Source: Octopus vulgaris
Taxonomy: Eukaryota
DNA: 64,000 nt
Direction: 5' to 3'
NCBI GenBank assembly: GCA_951406725.2
Contig: OX597823.1
Coordinates: 1,922,001 to 1,986,000, forward strand
The stretch's first letter is position 1; each line of letters begins with the position of its first letter. Shown here piece after piece: positions 63,181 through 64,000 of the stretch. The position numbers and the translations under genes are program-made. A model generated the notes under the pieces. The model was not told the origin of the DNA. It saw nothing but the letters and a program-made list of their open reading frames with translations, and did no database searches.

Positions 63181-64000
63181 GAAAAAGTTTCTAGAAAAAT
63201 CCTTTTGTTACATAATGAGGATATTAATTTATTTTATCGCATTTGTTTTATACTTTTTTATATTTATAATTGTATTCTCAATATAAGTAGGTTTAATAAA
63301 TTTTTTGAATTCGAAGAATCTACGATTTTCTTCCTTTCAAATCAAGAAGGTAACGTCGGCGTAAATAAATATACTTTGGGGGAATTGGTTAAAAAAAGTT
63401 ACCCGACTACTGATCTAAGACGAATCGCCAGTGTAGATTTGGTGGAAAAGGGCGATAGGGCGGCATTTTTATGGGGAGTGACAGACCCAAGGTCTGCTTC
63501 GAGCGGCACAAACTCTAGCTGCGTCACTGGGTGCTCCTCCAAATGTGGAAGATGAATCGTGGGTCCAATACGGTGAGGAATTGTGAGGTACTTGCTTTGA
63601 TTAGGCAATGCTGGACGAGTGAACACAAGGTCATAGGTTGAAGAAAGACGTAGGTGCTGGGCCATTTAAAACAAGGTCAAAGGTTCAAATCTTACTCCAG
63701 TCACTATGCTGTGTCAACGAACGAAGTATAAAACTCTGCTTCCGTTTATAAAGAACAGACATCAAGGAAACGAGTGGTTATTCTACGTTAGAAAAAGTGA
63801 TGGAGGTTGAAGATTCTGACTTCTTCCTTTGGTATTGACTGTTTCCAAATTTGTGAACTTAGCTTCAGTTTGTAGTAAAGGTTGTTTGCCAACATAAGAT
63901 GGCAGTCCCGGTTTAGGACTAATGTTGCTGTAATTTAGCCCCAGGATACATCGTTTCCAGCTGGCTACACGACATCGTCTCCAGATAAATTACAGCAACA

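Overview
AT-rich, microsatellite-dense eukaryotic DNA. The SINE families look like those of Octopus/coleoid cephalopods (inference from recognising the repeats, not a database result). Host genes are sparse. There are two probable minus-strand coding exons of a class-B bHLH transcription factor (16024-15893 and 7857-7705), with an intronic CRE/CCAAT module. A tRNA cluster at 54.2-60.0 kb holds Asp-GTC, four Leu-CAG and a half Asn-GTT. The rest is mostly decayed mobile DNA: pogo, rosa-type and mariner Tc1/mariner remnants, two hATs, CR1-like and RTE LINEs, a Penelope-like GIY-YIG, Helitron/Helentron derivatives, MITEs and many SINEs. Most long ORFs in the track are microsatellite artefacts. The most notable unexplained signals are: (1) several hammerhead-ribozyme cores in non-coding, (TA)n-embedded elements, two with long structured stem II domains and palindromic stem III, one sense-oriented in the bHLH intron; (2) a 3' stem-loop with compensatory changes shared by two LINE lineages and a SINE; (3) a 572-bp fold-back mariner derivative; (4) an H/ACA-like multi-hairpin locus near 23.2 kb; (5) rearrangement scars and a probable consensus artefact in the tRNA cluster. 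All RNA structures were folded by eye.
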